In this document: piece after piece, positions 1-9,451 of the stretch | Position numbering within the stretch: the stretch's first letter is position 1 | How the letters are laid out: each line of letters begins with the position of its first letter | NCBI GenBank assembly: GCA_009392915.1 | Contig: CP045477.1 | Span: forward strand, 576,001 to 640,000 | DNA length: 64,000 nucleotides | Source of the DNA: Candidatus Forterrea multitransposorum CG_2015-17_Forterrea_25_41 | GTDB lineage: Archaea > Iainarchaeota > Iainarchaeia > Iainarchaeales > CSSED10-239 | Reading direction: 5' to 3' | Notes under the pieces: generated by a model | Told to the model about the DNA's origin: nothing | Databases searched by the model: none | What the model saw: only the letters and a program-made list of their open reading frames with translations | Program-made: the position numbers and the translations under genes

Positions 1-245
1 AAAATATTAAAAGAATGGAATTCTGGTTTTACAACAATTTCTAATTTTTTATTATCTTTAACAATAGAAAGAGAAGTTTTTCTTTTATTATAATCATTGA
101 TTAAATCATCTATCTGAATATCAATTATTTTTTTATCAATATTTGGAAATGAAGAATAAATTTTTGAAATTAAAGTTGATTTTGGAGATAGAAACAAAAT
201 AGCTTCAATTGCTTGTTTTAAATAATCACTACTTGTTTGGTCCAT
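1..245 (-). CDS. scpB: Segregation and condensation protein B (ScpB-like). Only the N-terminal ~81 aa are present and the C-terminus runs off the window start
   Basis: Reverse-complement translation from the ATG at 245 gives MDQTSSDYLKQAIEAILFLSPKSTLISKIYSSF. This matches the ScpB N-terminal winged-helix signature (A-I-E-A-I-L-F), and scpA lies nearby at 3779-4444. Confidence 0.45.
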   Translation of the reverse strand, partial: MDQTSSDYLKQAIEAILFLSPKSTLISKIYSSFPNIDKKIIDIQIDDLINDYNKRKTSLSIVKDNKKLEIVVKPEFHSFNI

Positions 246-266
246 TATAAATCACATGTTAAAAAA

Positions 267-1043
267 TTATTCTCTTTTTGCAGTTAATGTTTCATTACGT
301 GCAGGCATTATGTAAACAAAATAATCTCCCTCTGAAACTTTATCTCCAGTAGATTTTTCAATCCAATAAACAGTAGAGTCATCTTCTGATTGACTTAAAA
401 AACTTATAGATCCGTGAACCACATCACCTGTTTGATATTCTCCAGCTCCATTAAGAATAGGTTGAGAGATTCCAGTATCATTTTCTAAAGTTAAAGTATA
501 AGTTTCTGGCTCAGAAGATTCTGCTTGAAAAATTGCAGTAACTGATTTATTTTGAGTCATTGTAACGTCACAATTTATAGCAGCAGTATCACAATTTCCA
601 GTCCATCCTTGAAAAGTATTTCCTTCAGATGCATTTGCATTTAAAGTAACTGAAGTTCCTGAAGAATAATTTTGAGAACAATCAGTTCCACAATTAATAC
701 CTACTGGATTTGAAGTTACAGTTCCATTTCCAGAAACATTAACAGTTAATGTATAATTTTCAGGATCTGGTTCATCTGGTTCATCTGGTTCATCTGGTTC
801 AGGATCTTCTCCTCCAGGATTAGGATTAACATTATCTATTTCTTCAACTTGAGAAGAATCATTTAAATCTTCAATAAACCCATCAACTGTTGAATCTATT
901 CCTTCATTAATTTTGTCAGATTGACTTACTTTCTCATTTGAAAAATTAATAAAGGTTGTTGCAAGAACAATTGTACCTAAGACTAAAACACCAACTATAA
1001 TTACCATTTCTAAAGAAACTTGAGCTTTTTTATTTTGAATCAT
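267..1043 (-). CDS. Pilin-like surface protein with a class III (type IV pilin-like) signal peptide, a divergent InlB B-repeat (Ig-like) domain and a PEPDEPDEPD linker
   Basis: The N-terminus MIQNKKAQVSLEMVIIVGVLVLGTIVLA is a pilin-type signal (K-A-Q-V-S-L-E, QxSxE/DUF361-like, followed by a hydrophobic helix). It contains a GxGxVTSNPxGINCGxxCSxxYxxGTSVTLxAxxxxGxxFxGW unit typical of archaeal InlB-type repeats. Confidence 0.6.
   Translation of the reverse strand: MIQNKKAQVSLEMVIIVGVLVLGTIVLATTFINFSNEKVSQSDKINEGIDSTVDGFIEDLNDSSQVEEIDNVNPNPGGEDPEPDEPDEPDEPDPENYTLTVNVSGNGTVTSNPVGINCGTDCSQNYSSGTSVTLNANASEGNTFQGWTGNCDTAAINCDVTMTQNKSVTAIFQAESSEPETYTLTLENDTGISQPILNGAGEYQTGDVVHGSISFLSQSEDDSTVYWIEKSTGDKVSEGDYFVYIMPARNETLTAKRE
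764..806. repeat. Perfect 9-bp tandem repeat (atctggttc, about 4.5 copies) encoding the (EPD)n linker inside the pilin-like gene
   Basis: Seen directly in the sequence: ggatctggttcatctggttcatctggttcatctggttcagg. Confidence 0.8.
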
Positions 1044-1072
1044 ATTTATTCTTATTTTATATTTTTATAATA

Positions 1073-3265
1073 TTATTCTAAGCCACCATCAGTAATAGTC
1101 CAATTATAATTATTAATTAATATATTTTTTGCATCAACTGCAGAACTATCATAATTAACTGCTGTTGCACCTAATGTAACATTACTTTTTAAATTAGTTA
1201 AATTTGACCATCTAATTAAAATATTAGAATAATTTACAGTAGATAATGCATAATCAAACATATGAGCCATATCAGTTACATTTGAAACATCCCATGCACT
1301 AATATCTTGATCAAAACAAATATCAGAAATACTAAAGAAACATTGAAACATTCTGTTCATATTTGTAACATTTGAAACATCCCACATACTTATATTTTGA
1401 TTAAATGAATAATTATTATAAAACATAGAAGACATATCAGTTACATTTGAAACATCCCAATTATTCAATGGTTGATTAAATCTAGTACATCTAAACATTG
1501 CAGCCATATTAGTTACATTTGAAACATCCCAATTATTTATAGAAGTATTAGTCCATGAAAATACACCATTATTTGGAGGACTACTTACACTACAATTTTG
1601 ATAACCACTAAAAGTTCCTGCTAAATTTGTAATTCCGTTTAAATCAGGAACATCAGTTGCAGTTACAACTAAATTTGTAGCTCCAGAGAAATAATATCCA
1701 CTATTTCCAAATTTTAAATTACCCCATTGACTAATTTCAGTTAATTTTAATTTATCTCCAGAATTATTAAACCTAAAACCTTCAATAAAACCTGTTATGA
1801 TTACATCATATATCCCAGAACTTGAATATGTGTGAGTTTTATCAGGATCACTATAACTTGTAACCTCTGATGTAGTTCCATCTCCCCAATAAACTTTAAA
1901 ATTATAATTATTACTATAAAGAGAAGCAGAATCTAAAGGTAATGTAATTTGATTTGCATTTGAAGAACCAGTACTAATTTTTGTAGTATCCCATTTAGAT
2001 ATAAATGCATCTGAAGTAGGTATAAAATTTGCAGTTAAATTCACATTACTTGAAGGCATTGTATAACTAAATGAAGGATCTGTACTTACTACAGTACCAT
2101 TTTGATCAATCCAATTTACATAAGAAAATTCAGCAATAGAAGAGACAGATATATTTGCAACATCTCCAGGATTATAATTTCCTGCACCATTTAAACTAAT
2201 ATTTACTGAATCTGGATTTTCAATTAAATTTAAATTATAAGCAACAGGCAAACTAAAAGTTGCAGTTACATTTTTAACTTCAGTCATAGAAACAGAACAA
2301 CTAATTTGAGGTCCAGAACAATCCCCAGACCATCCTTCAAAAACATATCCTGAAACTGGAGTTGCATTTAATTGAACAGATTGTTGATCAGGAAAAGTTG
2401 CAGAACAGTTTGTTTGAGATTCTAAACAATTAATTCCAGAAGGATAAGTTTCAACAGTTCCTCCAATTGTTTTAGTTAAATTTAAAGTATAACTGTTTGG
2501 AAGATTAAAAGTTGCAGTTACATTTCTTGCTTGAGTCATGGAAACTGTACAAGTAAGATTAGTTCCTGAACAAGCACCTGACCATCCACCAAAACTATGA
2601 CCAGTAACAGGATTTGCAGTTAAAGTAACTGAAGTGCCTGAAGAATAATTTTCAGAACAATTAGTTCCACAATTAATACCAGAAGGATTTGAAGTCACAG
2701 TTCCATTTCCCGCACCACTTAAAGATACATTTAAAGTATAAGTTGATGGAGCAGTTGATGAAAAATTTGCAGTTAAAGAAGTATTTGAATTTAAATTAAA
2801 AGTATATGGATTTGTGGAAAGTGAACCTGTTGGAGTTGTCCAATTATTAAAAGTATAACCTGAAAGAGCAGTTGCAGTTGCAGTAACTGAAGTTCCACAA
2901 CTAAAAGTTCCAGCTCCTGAAACAGTACCACCTGCTGGAGGGTTTGAAGATAAAGTTAAAACACAATTACTACCAACACCTGAAATTGGTTCATAATCTT
3001 CAGGATTTGTTAAATCTTTAATAAAACCATCAATTGTTGAATTTGTAGCAGCATCAATTTCTCCTGCTTGATCTACTTTTTCATTTGTAAATCCAATTAA
3101 AATAGTTGCTAAAATAACAGCACCTAAAATCAAAACACCAATAATAATTATCATCTCTAAAGAGACTTGAGCTTTTTTACTTTTATTCATATCTTTATCC
3201 ACTTTTTTTACTTTTTTAGATTTTATTATTTTTTTAGATTTAATTTTTTTAACTTCTTTTTTCAT
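1073..3265 (-). CDS. Large pilin-like surface protein with a class III signal peptide, three InlB-type B-repeat (Ig-like) domains and a C-terminal array of DUF285/BspA-type 26-residue repeats. The true start is probably the internal Met at about 3190
   Basis: An internal MNKSKKAQVSLEMIIIIGVLILGAVILA matches the N-termini of the two neighbouring genes. It has the repeated unit GTVTSNPSGINCGTNCSENYSSGTSVTLTANP...GWSGxCSG. C-terminal repeats of the form WDVSNVTxMxxMF(x)FNQ match the Mycoplasma-type DUF285 leucine-rich surface repeat. Confidence 0.6.
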   Translation of the reverse strand: MKKEVKKIKSKKIIKSKKVKKVDKDMNKSKKAQVSLEMIIIIGVLILGAVILATILIGFTNEKVDQAGEIDAATNSTIDGFIKDLTNPEDYEPISGVGSNCVLTLSSNPPAGGTVSGAGTFSCGTSVTATATALSGYTFNNWTTPTGSLSTNPYTFNLNSNTSLTANFSSTAPSTYTLNVSLSGAGNGTVTSNPSGINCGTNCSENYSSGTSVTLTANPVTGHSFGGWSGACSGTNLTCTVSMTQARNVTATFNLPNSYTLNLTKTIGGTVETYPSGINCLESQTNCSATFPDQQSVQLNATPVSGYVFEGWSGDCSGPQISCSVSMTEVKNVTATFSLPVAYNLNLIENPDSVNISLNGAGNYNPGDVANISVSSIAEFSYVNWIDQNGTVVSTDPSFSYTMPSSNVNLTANFIPTSDAFISKWDTTKISTGSSNANQITLPLDSASLYSNNYNFKVYWGDGTTSEVTSYSDPDKTHTYSSSGIYDVIITGFIEGFRFNNSGDKLKLTEISQWGNLKFGNSGYYFSGATNLVVTATDVPDLNGITNLAGTFSGYQNCSVSSPPNNGVFSWTNTSINNWDVSNVTNMAAMFRCTRFNQPLNNWDVSNVTDMSSMFYNNYSFNQNISMWDVSNVTNMNRMFQCFFSISDICFDQDISAWDVSNVTDMAHMFDYALSTVNYSNILIRWSNLTNLKSNVTLGATAVNYDSSAVDAKNILINNYNWTITDGGLE
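1270..1535. repeat. Nucleotide-level tandem array with four or more copies of an acatttgaaacatccca core spaced about 72-90 bp apart. It encodes the WDVSNVT...MF 26-residue repeats
   Basis: The core occurs at about 1277, 1367, 1443 and 1515. Confidence 0.7.
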
Positions 3266-3279
3266 AAATATCTTTTCTC

Positions 3280-3663
3280 TTAATTAAAATTTGCTGTAAT
3301 ACCAGTATTAAAATTTAAATCAAAATAGAATATTTCAGTTTTGCTCATAATAGCTCCAGAAGAATCTTTCCAGTTTAAGAAACTATGACCTGTAGCAGGA
3401 ACAGCTTCTACTCTTACTTGAGTTCCACAAGCAAAACTACCATCTCCTTTAACAGTGCCAGCATCTTGAGGATTTACTGAAATTACTAGATTACAAATAA
3501 AGTTATCAACAATTTCATCTGTTTGTTTATTAATTGCATTAGATTGATCTGCTTTTGAAGAAGACATATTAATAACAATTGTTGCAAGAATAATTGTCCC
3601 TAAAACTAAAACACCAACGATAATCATCATTTCTAAAGAAACTTGAGCTTTTTTATTTATCAT
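3280..3663 (-). CDS. Small pilin-like protein (class III signal peptide plus one Ig-like B-repeat)
   Basis: The N-terminus MINKKAQVSLEMMIIVGVLVLGTIILA matches the downstream paralogs. The C-terminus has a CGTxVxVxAxPxxGxxFxxW B-repeat unit. Confidence 0.6.
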   Translation of the reverse strand: MINKKAQVSLEMMIIVGVLVLGTIILATIVINMSSSKADQSNAINKQTDEIVDNFICNLVISVNPQDAGTVKGDGSFACGTQVRVEAVPATGHSFLNWKDSSGAIMSKTEIFYFDLNFNTGITANFN

Positions 3664-3778
3664 AAAATATAATCCTTTAATTATAAATATAATATAAATA
3701 TAAATACATAATATATATAAATGTATTTGTTATAGAAGAATAAGTAAATAGTTTTAAAGATAAATAATTTTAAAGATC

Positions 3779-4444
3779 TTAAATAACTTTTATAAAAATC
3801 TCAGAAAAGAAATCATCTTGCCAAACATTTATCTTCTGATCTTGATGAAGAAATAAAAGAGGAATAAATAAATTATTAACAATATCAAAATTATCAATAT
3901 TTTTTGAAAAAAGATTTTTAAAAGTTAAACAACCTTCCTTATCTGCTTCTTTTTTAATTGAAGAAAAAAGAGAATCAATTCTTAAGTTAATATCTTCAGT
4001 TGATTTTGGAACAAAAAATTCAACTTCTGCTTTTTCTTTAATCATTTTTTCAATGTTTTTTTTAGTTGGTTTATTCATTATAGTATCTATTGCTTCAATT
4101 AAATCATCTAAAGAAACTTGACTTTCTTTATTTCTAATTGGATTTTCTAAGTTTAAAGCATTAAGTAAAATATCATCTTCTTTAGGTATTATTAAATCAT
4201 CTTCAGGATCAATACTTGAAAGCTTTAAAGTATATGTTTTAATTTTAAGAAGAATACTTGCAGCTAGAAGTGCATTTGCAGGAATCATTAAATTTTCTTC
4301 TTTAAACTCTATTATTTTTTTTAAATAGAGATCTGTAAGAGAAATAATATCAATATTCCAAATATCAAAATCATTTGATTTTACAAGATCAAACAAAAGT
4401 AGTTTCCAGTTTGGTTGATCTATAATGTTTACTAATTCTTCCAT
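3779..4444 (-). CDS. scpA: Segregation and condensation protein A (ScpA kleisin)
   Basis: The N-terminus LLLFDLVKSNDFDIWNIDIISLTDLYLKKI matches the ScpA pattern (LDLLL.LI.K.KIDI.DI.I..IT.QYL). The middle ANALLAASILLKIKTY and the C-terminus IPLLFLHQDQKINVWQDDFFSEIFIKV match the ScpA winged-helix end. Confidence 0.6.
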   Translation of the reverse strand: MEELVNIIDQPNWKLLLFDLVKSNDFDIWNIDIISLTDLYLKKIIEFKEENLMIPANALLAASILLKIKTYTLKLSSIDPEDDLIIPKEDDILLNALNLENPIRNKESQVSLDDLIEAIDTIMNKPTKKNIEKMIKEKAEVEFFVPKSTEDINLRIDSLFSSIKKEADKEGCLTFKNLFSKNIDNFDIVNNLFIPLLFLHQDQKINVWQDDFFSEIFIKVI

Positions 4445-4496
4445 ATATAAAAGATATCTTCAAAAAAGAATAAAAAGAGAAAGGTTTTTTAGTTTT

Positions 4497-5180
4497 TTAA
4501 TCTTCTAAAACCTTTGCATTAAAATTGTTTGCTTCAATATCACATAATTTAATTTTTTTACTTTGGCCTTCAATATATAAAACAGTATCTTTTTCAAAGT
4601 AAATTGTTACAGAATCACAAACTAATCTAAACCTTACAGATTTAGATTTTAGTAATTCATCAAAAATTAAATCTATATTTTCTGAAAAAACTATAATATC
4701 TATTCCTTGTTTTTTACCTTTAATTTTTGTTGAAATTTCATTTAAATCAATAGTTCCAACAACATTAAACTTTAAAATAAACTCTTTAATATCAAATGAA
4801 GAAATTAATTTTTGAATATATTCTTTAGCTTTTATAGTGTCTGAAAAGATATATGTTCTATAAGCTCTATATTTTTCAAAAAACTTATCAGCTTCACCCA
4901 TTTCTTTATAAAAACTATCCATTTCTTCTTTAATATTTGAAACTGTTGAATTCATTTTCTTAAAAAGAGAAATTAATTCTCTCTTATTAATTTCAGATTC
5001 TATATCTTTTTCTAAATATTCATTCTTTTTAACAATATCATTAATTTCTTTATAGTCATTTATAAGACTATTTAAAATATCATGAAGTGGATTGTAAAGC
5101 TCTAAAACCTTATTTGTTCTATATAGATTTTTATTTAAAGACTCAAAAGACTTTTTAACTTTATTATTAATATCAACCAT
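4497..5180 (-). CDS. Hypothetical protein
   Basis: Long ORF with a consistent codon bias. No motif was recognised. Confidence 0.4.
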   Translation of the reverse strand: MVDINNKVKKSFESLNKNLYRTNKVLELYNPLHDILNSLINDYKEINDIVKKNEYLEKDIESEINKRELISLFKKMNSTVSNIKEEMDSFYKEMGEADKFFEKYRAYRTYIFSDTIKAKEYIQKLISSFDIKEFILKFNVVGTIDLNEISTKIKGKKQGIDIIVFSENIDLIFDELLKSKSVRFRLVCDSVTIYFEKDTVLYIEGQSKKIKLCDIEANNFNAKVLED

Positions 5181-5277
5181 TTTTTAAAACCCCTTTTTTA
5201 AATTTGAAAAAATTCCCCTATAATAATATGATAAATGGTAATATTTAATAAAGCTATCTTTTTATGTAGATAACAGA

Positions 5278-6198
5278 TTATTTTTCAGACTTTAAATCTA
5301 AAAACATATGATATGATGCAATTGCTCCTTGAGAAGTAGAAGTTACAATTTGCTTAAGTTCTGTATGGTTAGTACAATCTCCAGCTGCAAATACACCTTC
5401 AATATTAGTTCTTTGAGCTTTATCTACAATAATTTCACCATGATCATCAAGTTTTATACTTAATTTATCTAAAAGCTCTGTATTTGGAACATGACCTATC
5501 TCAATAAATATTCCATCTAATACCATTTCATTATCATCTTTTAATTTAATTTTTTCTAATTTTTCAGAACCAATTAATTCTTTTATTTCAGAATTATAAA
5601 CAACTTCTACATTTTCTTGTTTAAATAAAGAATCAAGCCACATAGGTTCTGCTCTTAATTGAGAGCCTCTATATATTAAATAAACTTTCTTTGCAATTTC
5701 AGAAAGTAATAAAGCAGCAGTTACAGCAGCATCAGAACCACCAATAACACCTACAATTTTATCTTTATAAAAAGCTCCATCACAGGTAGCACAATAATGA
5801 ACCCCTTTACCTAAATATTTTTCTTCATTTTCAATATTTAAAGTTCTTTTTTTCTTTCCTATTGCAAGTAAAACTTTTCTTGCTTTTACAGTTTCTTGAT
5901 CAGTATTTACTATGAAAAAATCATCTTGTTTTTTAATATCCATAACTTTTTCATATTTTATAGGAATTTCTAAATTATTAACTTGTTCTACCATTTTTGA
6001 AATTAAATCCATACCAGTTACTTCTAAAAAACCAGGATAATTCCAAATAGTGTGAGCAGTAGAAGTTACTCCTCCAAAAGAATCTGTAAACATTATAGTT
6101 GACATTTTATATCTTCCTGAATAAAGTGCACTTGAAAGTGCTGCAACACCACCACCAACAATAACTAAATCATAAATATTTGAATTATTTTCATTCAT
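5278..6198 (-). CDS. trxB: Thioredoxin reductase (FAD/NAD(P)-binding)
   Basis: It has the YDLVIVGGGVAALSSALY FAD-binding fold, the redox-active CATCDG motif and a second GGSDAA dinucleotide motif. Confidence 0.75.
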   Translation of the reverse strand: MNENNSNIYDLVIVGGGVAALSSALYSGRYKMSTIMFTDSFGGVTSTAHTIWNYPGFLEVTGMDLISKMVEQVNNLEIPIKYEKVMDIKKQDDFFIVNTDQETVKARKVLLAIGKKKRTLNIENEEKYLGKGVHYCATCDGAFYKDKIVGVIGGSDAAVTAALLLSEIAKKVYLIYRGSQLRAEPMWLDSLFKQENVEVVYNSEIKELIGSEKLEKIKLKDDNEMVLDGIFIEIGHVPNTELLDKLSIKLDDHGEIIVDKAQRTNIEGVFAAGDCTNHTELKQIVTSTSQGAIASYHMFLDLKSEK

Positions 6199-6285
6199 TT
6201 TTTAATCACATTTCTAATTTTTAAAGTATTTTTCACTTGTATATATTTACAAGTATATATATTTACTATCCAAAAAATATATAAA

Positions 6286-6747
6286 CTAAACCTTTTCAAA
6301 CCTATCCCAAGGAAAAATCAACCAATCAACATTAGTTTTTGAATAGAAATCAGGATAAGAAGTACAGTTTTTTTTATTTACATAAAGACTTGCAATTTTT
6401 ACATCTTTTGGTTTATATTTTTCTTTTAATAAAGAAGAAATAAACTGAATAGTTTTACCAGAATCAACAATTTCATCTACAATTAAAATAGTTTTATTTT
6501 TTAGAAATTCTTTTGCAGGAAAATTAATTAATTCGATCTTACCTCTTTTTTCTTTAGAGTAAGATTTTACAGCAATACTAAAAAGATTTTTATTATCAAG
6601 AAGTCTTGATAAGTGAATAGCTGGAAAAAGGCCACCTACAGAAACACCTAAAATAACATCTGGAATATAGTTTTGTTTTTTTAATTGCAGAAATATTTTT
6701 TTACAATCATTTTCAATTTGAGTATAAGTAAGTTTTATTTTTGTCAT
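6286..6747 (-). CDS. Purine (hypoxanthine/guanine-type) phosphoribosyltransferase
   Basis: It has the PRPP-binding motif ILIVDEIVDSGKT and a type I PRTase fold of about 150 aa. Confidence 0.6.
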   Translation of the reverse strand: MTKIKLTYTQIENDCKKIFLQLKKQNYIPDVILGVSVGGLFPAIHLSRLLDNKNLFSIAVKSYSKEKRGKIELINFPAKEFLKNKTILIVDEIVDSGKTIQFISSLLKEKYKPKDVKIASLYVNKKNCTSYPDFYSKTNVDWLIFPWDRFEKV

Positions 6748-6815
6748 ATAATATTAATAAAACGAATAAAATAAAAATAGTATCTTAAAAAAAATAAAAA
6801 AAAGAAAGAGAAAAA

Positions 6816-7721
6816 TTATTCTCCATCTATATTAAGATTTAATTTTGCTTTAAGTTCTCTATATCTGTTTCTTATAGTAACTTCAGTTACACCAGCAACA
6901 TTTGCAACTTCTTTTTGAGTTCTTCTCTCACCTGTCATTAAAGCAGCTATATATACTGCAGCTGCAGCAACACCAGTTGGACCTCTTCCAGAAATTAAAC
7001 CAGATGCAATTGCTTTTTTAACAATTTGTTTAGCTTTATTTTCAACTTCTGAAGATAAAGTTAAAACAGAAACAAATCTTGAGATATAGTAACTTGGATC
7101 TGTTAAAGGAACAGCAATATCAAGTTCTTTTACAATGAACCTATATGTTCTTCCAATTTCTTTTTTTGTTAAACCTGAAGCTTCAGCCATTTCATTTAAT
7201 GTTCTTGGAACATTATATGTTCTACAGACAGAATAAAGAACAGCAGCAACAACAGCTTCAATTAATCTTCCTCTTATAAGTCCTTTTTCAACAGTTTTTC
7301 TATAAAGTAAAGCTGCAGTTTCAACTAAAGGATTTGGAATATTTAAATATGATGAAATTCTTTTAAGTTCTGTTAAAGCAATTGATAAATTTCTTTGAAC
7401 AGAGTTTGAAATTGAAGATCTTTTATGCCATTTAATTAATCTATACATTTGAGCTCTTGATTTTGTAGAAAGTTTATTACCTCTTAAATCTCTACCTGAT
7501 CTTTCAATCATAGTTTCAAGACCTTTGTTTATTTTTGTATATTTCATTGGTGAACCAGTACTAACATTATCTTGTTTTTCAGCATTATCAAAACTTCTCC
7601 AATCTTTTCCAGTATCGATTTGATCTTCTGATAAAACAGTATGACATTTACTACAGATATATTCTCCAGTTTTTGAATCTCTGTAGACTTTTGTGTTTCC
7701 ACATTCTGGACATTTAACCAT
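6816..7721 (-). CDS. tfb: Transcription initiation factor IIB (TFB)
   Basis: An N-terminal zinc ribbon (CPECG...CSKCHTVL) is followed by two cyclin-like repeats, which is the archaeal TFB architecture. Confidence 0.85.
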   Translation of the reverse strand: MVKCPECGNTKVYRDSKTGEYICSKCHTVLSEDQIDTGKDWRSFDNAEKQDNVSTGSPMKYTKINKGLETMIERSGRDLRGNKLSTKSRAQMYRLIKWHKRSSISNSVQRNLSIALTELKRISSYLNIPNPLVETAALLYRKTVEKGLIRGRLIEAVVAAVLYSVCRTYNVPRTLNEMAEASGLTKKEIGRTYRFIVKELDIAVPLTDPSYYISRFVSVLTLSSEVENKAKQIVKKAIASGLISGRGPTGVAAAAVYIAALMTGERRTQKEVANVAGVTEVTIRNRYRELKAKLNLNIDGE

Positions 7722-7905
7722 TGTTTACACCTCTATATTTTTTAAAAATTATAAAATTAGTTTACCATTTAATCTTTCTTTGTAATTTTTGTAAAACCTT
7801 GTATTTTATATAAGTTTTTGAAAAATAAGCAAACCTATATAAATATAATAGTTTTTCTAGTATTTAAAGGTTTTTATTTTTAAGTTTTCAAGAGTTTTTT
7901 TAAAA

Positions 7906-9342
7906 TTAAATATCTTCTTTAAACTTATAATTTATAACACTTGAAGTAAAAGTAGGTCTGAAAAGTAACCTTATAGCATCTCTATTTGGATAATAAATAA
8001 CCCCATCATTATCTTTAATTGAAATTATCTTTACAGAAGATAAATTACCATCTCTAAAATCAACTTCAGATTTTGAAGTTGTTAAAAAATTAAGAGTACT
8101 ATTATCTTTAATTATTTGTTGGATACTACTTCCTAAATAAATATTATTAAAAACAAAACTTAATTCAGGGAAAACAACTAAAACATCATCTTTTAAATTT
8201 AAAGAAATATCTTCAACAATACCTTTTATAAAATAAGGAGCAATAGGATCTTTTGGATTAATATTTATTAATTTTACAGAACCAATGTTTTGATATCTTT
8301 GTTTAAATAATACAGAAACATTTGTTTTATTAAAAAAAGAACCATATTTTTTATCTAAAACTATTAATTTTGATAAAACTCTTAATTTTTCAAAATCATT
8401 GATTTCATTTGTAATTTTTATAGCTTTAACTTTTGTAATTAAATCTTTAATTGTTATAATATCTTTTGAAAAAACTTGATTAATTATTTTTAAAGAAACA
8501 TCTTTAAATGAAAAAATATTTACAAAAGCATCAAAAGGAATTTTTCCTAATGGCATTTTAATATCAGAATAATTTATTTTTTTAACAGGAAACCCAAAAG
8601 GATCCATATTAAGTTCAAATTTATCTAAAACTTCAGAATTCTGTTGAGGATAACCAAGACTTATAAAATTATTAACAGTATCAAAAACAATAACTGTTTT
8701 TGAAGAAAGCAAATAATTTTCACAAATAATTTTAGATATAAATAATCTATCATCAAGATTTGGACCATAAACAGAAACACTTTTTAAATTTGAAAGAGAA
8801 GTTGTAACAGTAATATCTTTCTTTTTACCTAAAATTAATTTATCTAAAGGAGTTGAAGATTTAAAATCTAAAGACAAAGGCATATTTGATAAAGATTTAA
8901 TAACTTCAGGATCTGAAAAGAAATAATCATTATCTCTTTTTTCTGCAAGTTTTAAAGAAATTAATTTTATATTATAAGATTTAACAACAGAAATTACAGA
9001 ACCTACCATCTTGTTTAGTTCAGTTATTTTTTTATCTACATGATAAGATAAAGTATTAATGTCTACATATTCTGTTTCTGTATGTAGTAATAAATATTTA
9101 AAATTATTTTTTGAACCTATGTCAATATGTTTTTGATAAACAATAGCTGGAAATGGAAGAGTATTTGCAAAAGTTTCTAAATCTCCTTTAACTACAAATA
9201 CCTTATATACTTGTATGAGTACATTAGTCTTATCTCTTAGTCTTAAAAAAGACACAAAAATATCATCCTTATACAAAATGTTTAATTCTTGATTTCCGTA
9301 TTTTCCTTCATATAAGGTATTCCATGTGTTTAAAGAAATCAT
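7906..9342 (-). CDS. Hypothetical protein (478 aa)
   Basis: Long ORF. No motif was recognised. Confidence 0.4.
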   Translation of the reverse strand: MISLNTWNTLYEGKYGNQELNILYKDDIFVSFLRLRDKTNVLIQVYKVFVVKGDLETFANTLPFPAIVYQKHIDIGSKNNFKYLLLHTETEYVDINTLSYHVDKKITELNKMVGSVISVVKSYNIKLISLKLAEKRDNDYFFSDPEVIKSLSNMPLSLDFKSSTPLDKLILGKKKDITVTTSLSNLKSVSVYGPNLDDRLFISKIICENYLLSSKTVIVFDTVNNFISLGYPQQNSEVLDKFELNMDPFGFPVKKINYSDIKMPLGKIPFDAFVNIFSFKDVSLKIINQVFSKDIITIKDLITKVKAIKITNEINDFEKLRVLSKLIVLDKKYGSFFNKTNVSVLFKQRYQNIGSVKLININPKDPIAPYFIKGIVEDISLNLKDDVLVVFPELSFVFNNIYLGSSIQQIIKDNSTLNFLTTSKSEVDFRDGNLSSVKIISIKDNDGVIYYPNRDAIRLLFRPTFTSSVINYKFKEDI

Positions 9343-9451
9343 AATTTACTCTCTTAAAAATATATATTATATTTATTATTTAAAACAAAACATTTTTAAT
9401 AACTTACATTTAAGATATTAACTATTGAAAATTTGGAAAAATTGAAAACTT

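Noticed and set aside
3190-3265. The 26-codon K-rich N-terminal extension (MKKEVKKIKSKK...) of the 730-aa pilin-like ORF
   Set aside because: The paralogous neighbours start at the equivalent internal MNKSKKAQVSLEM. The extension is probably an upstream in-frame ATG and not real sequence. The gene is kept but the start is flagged.
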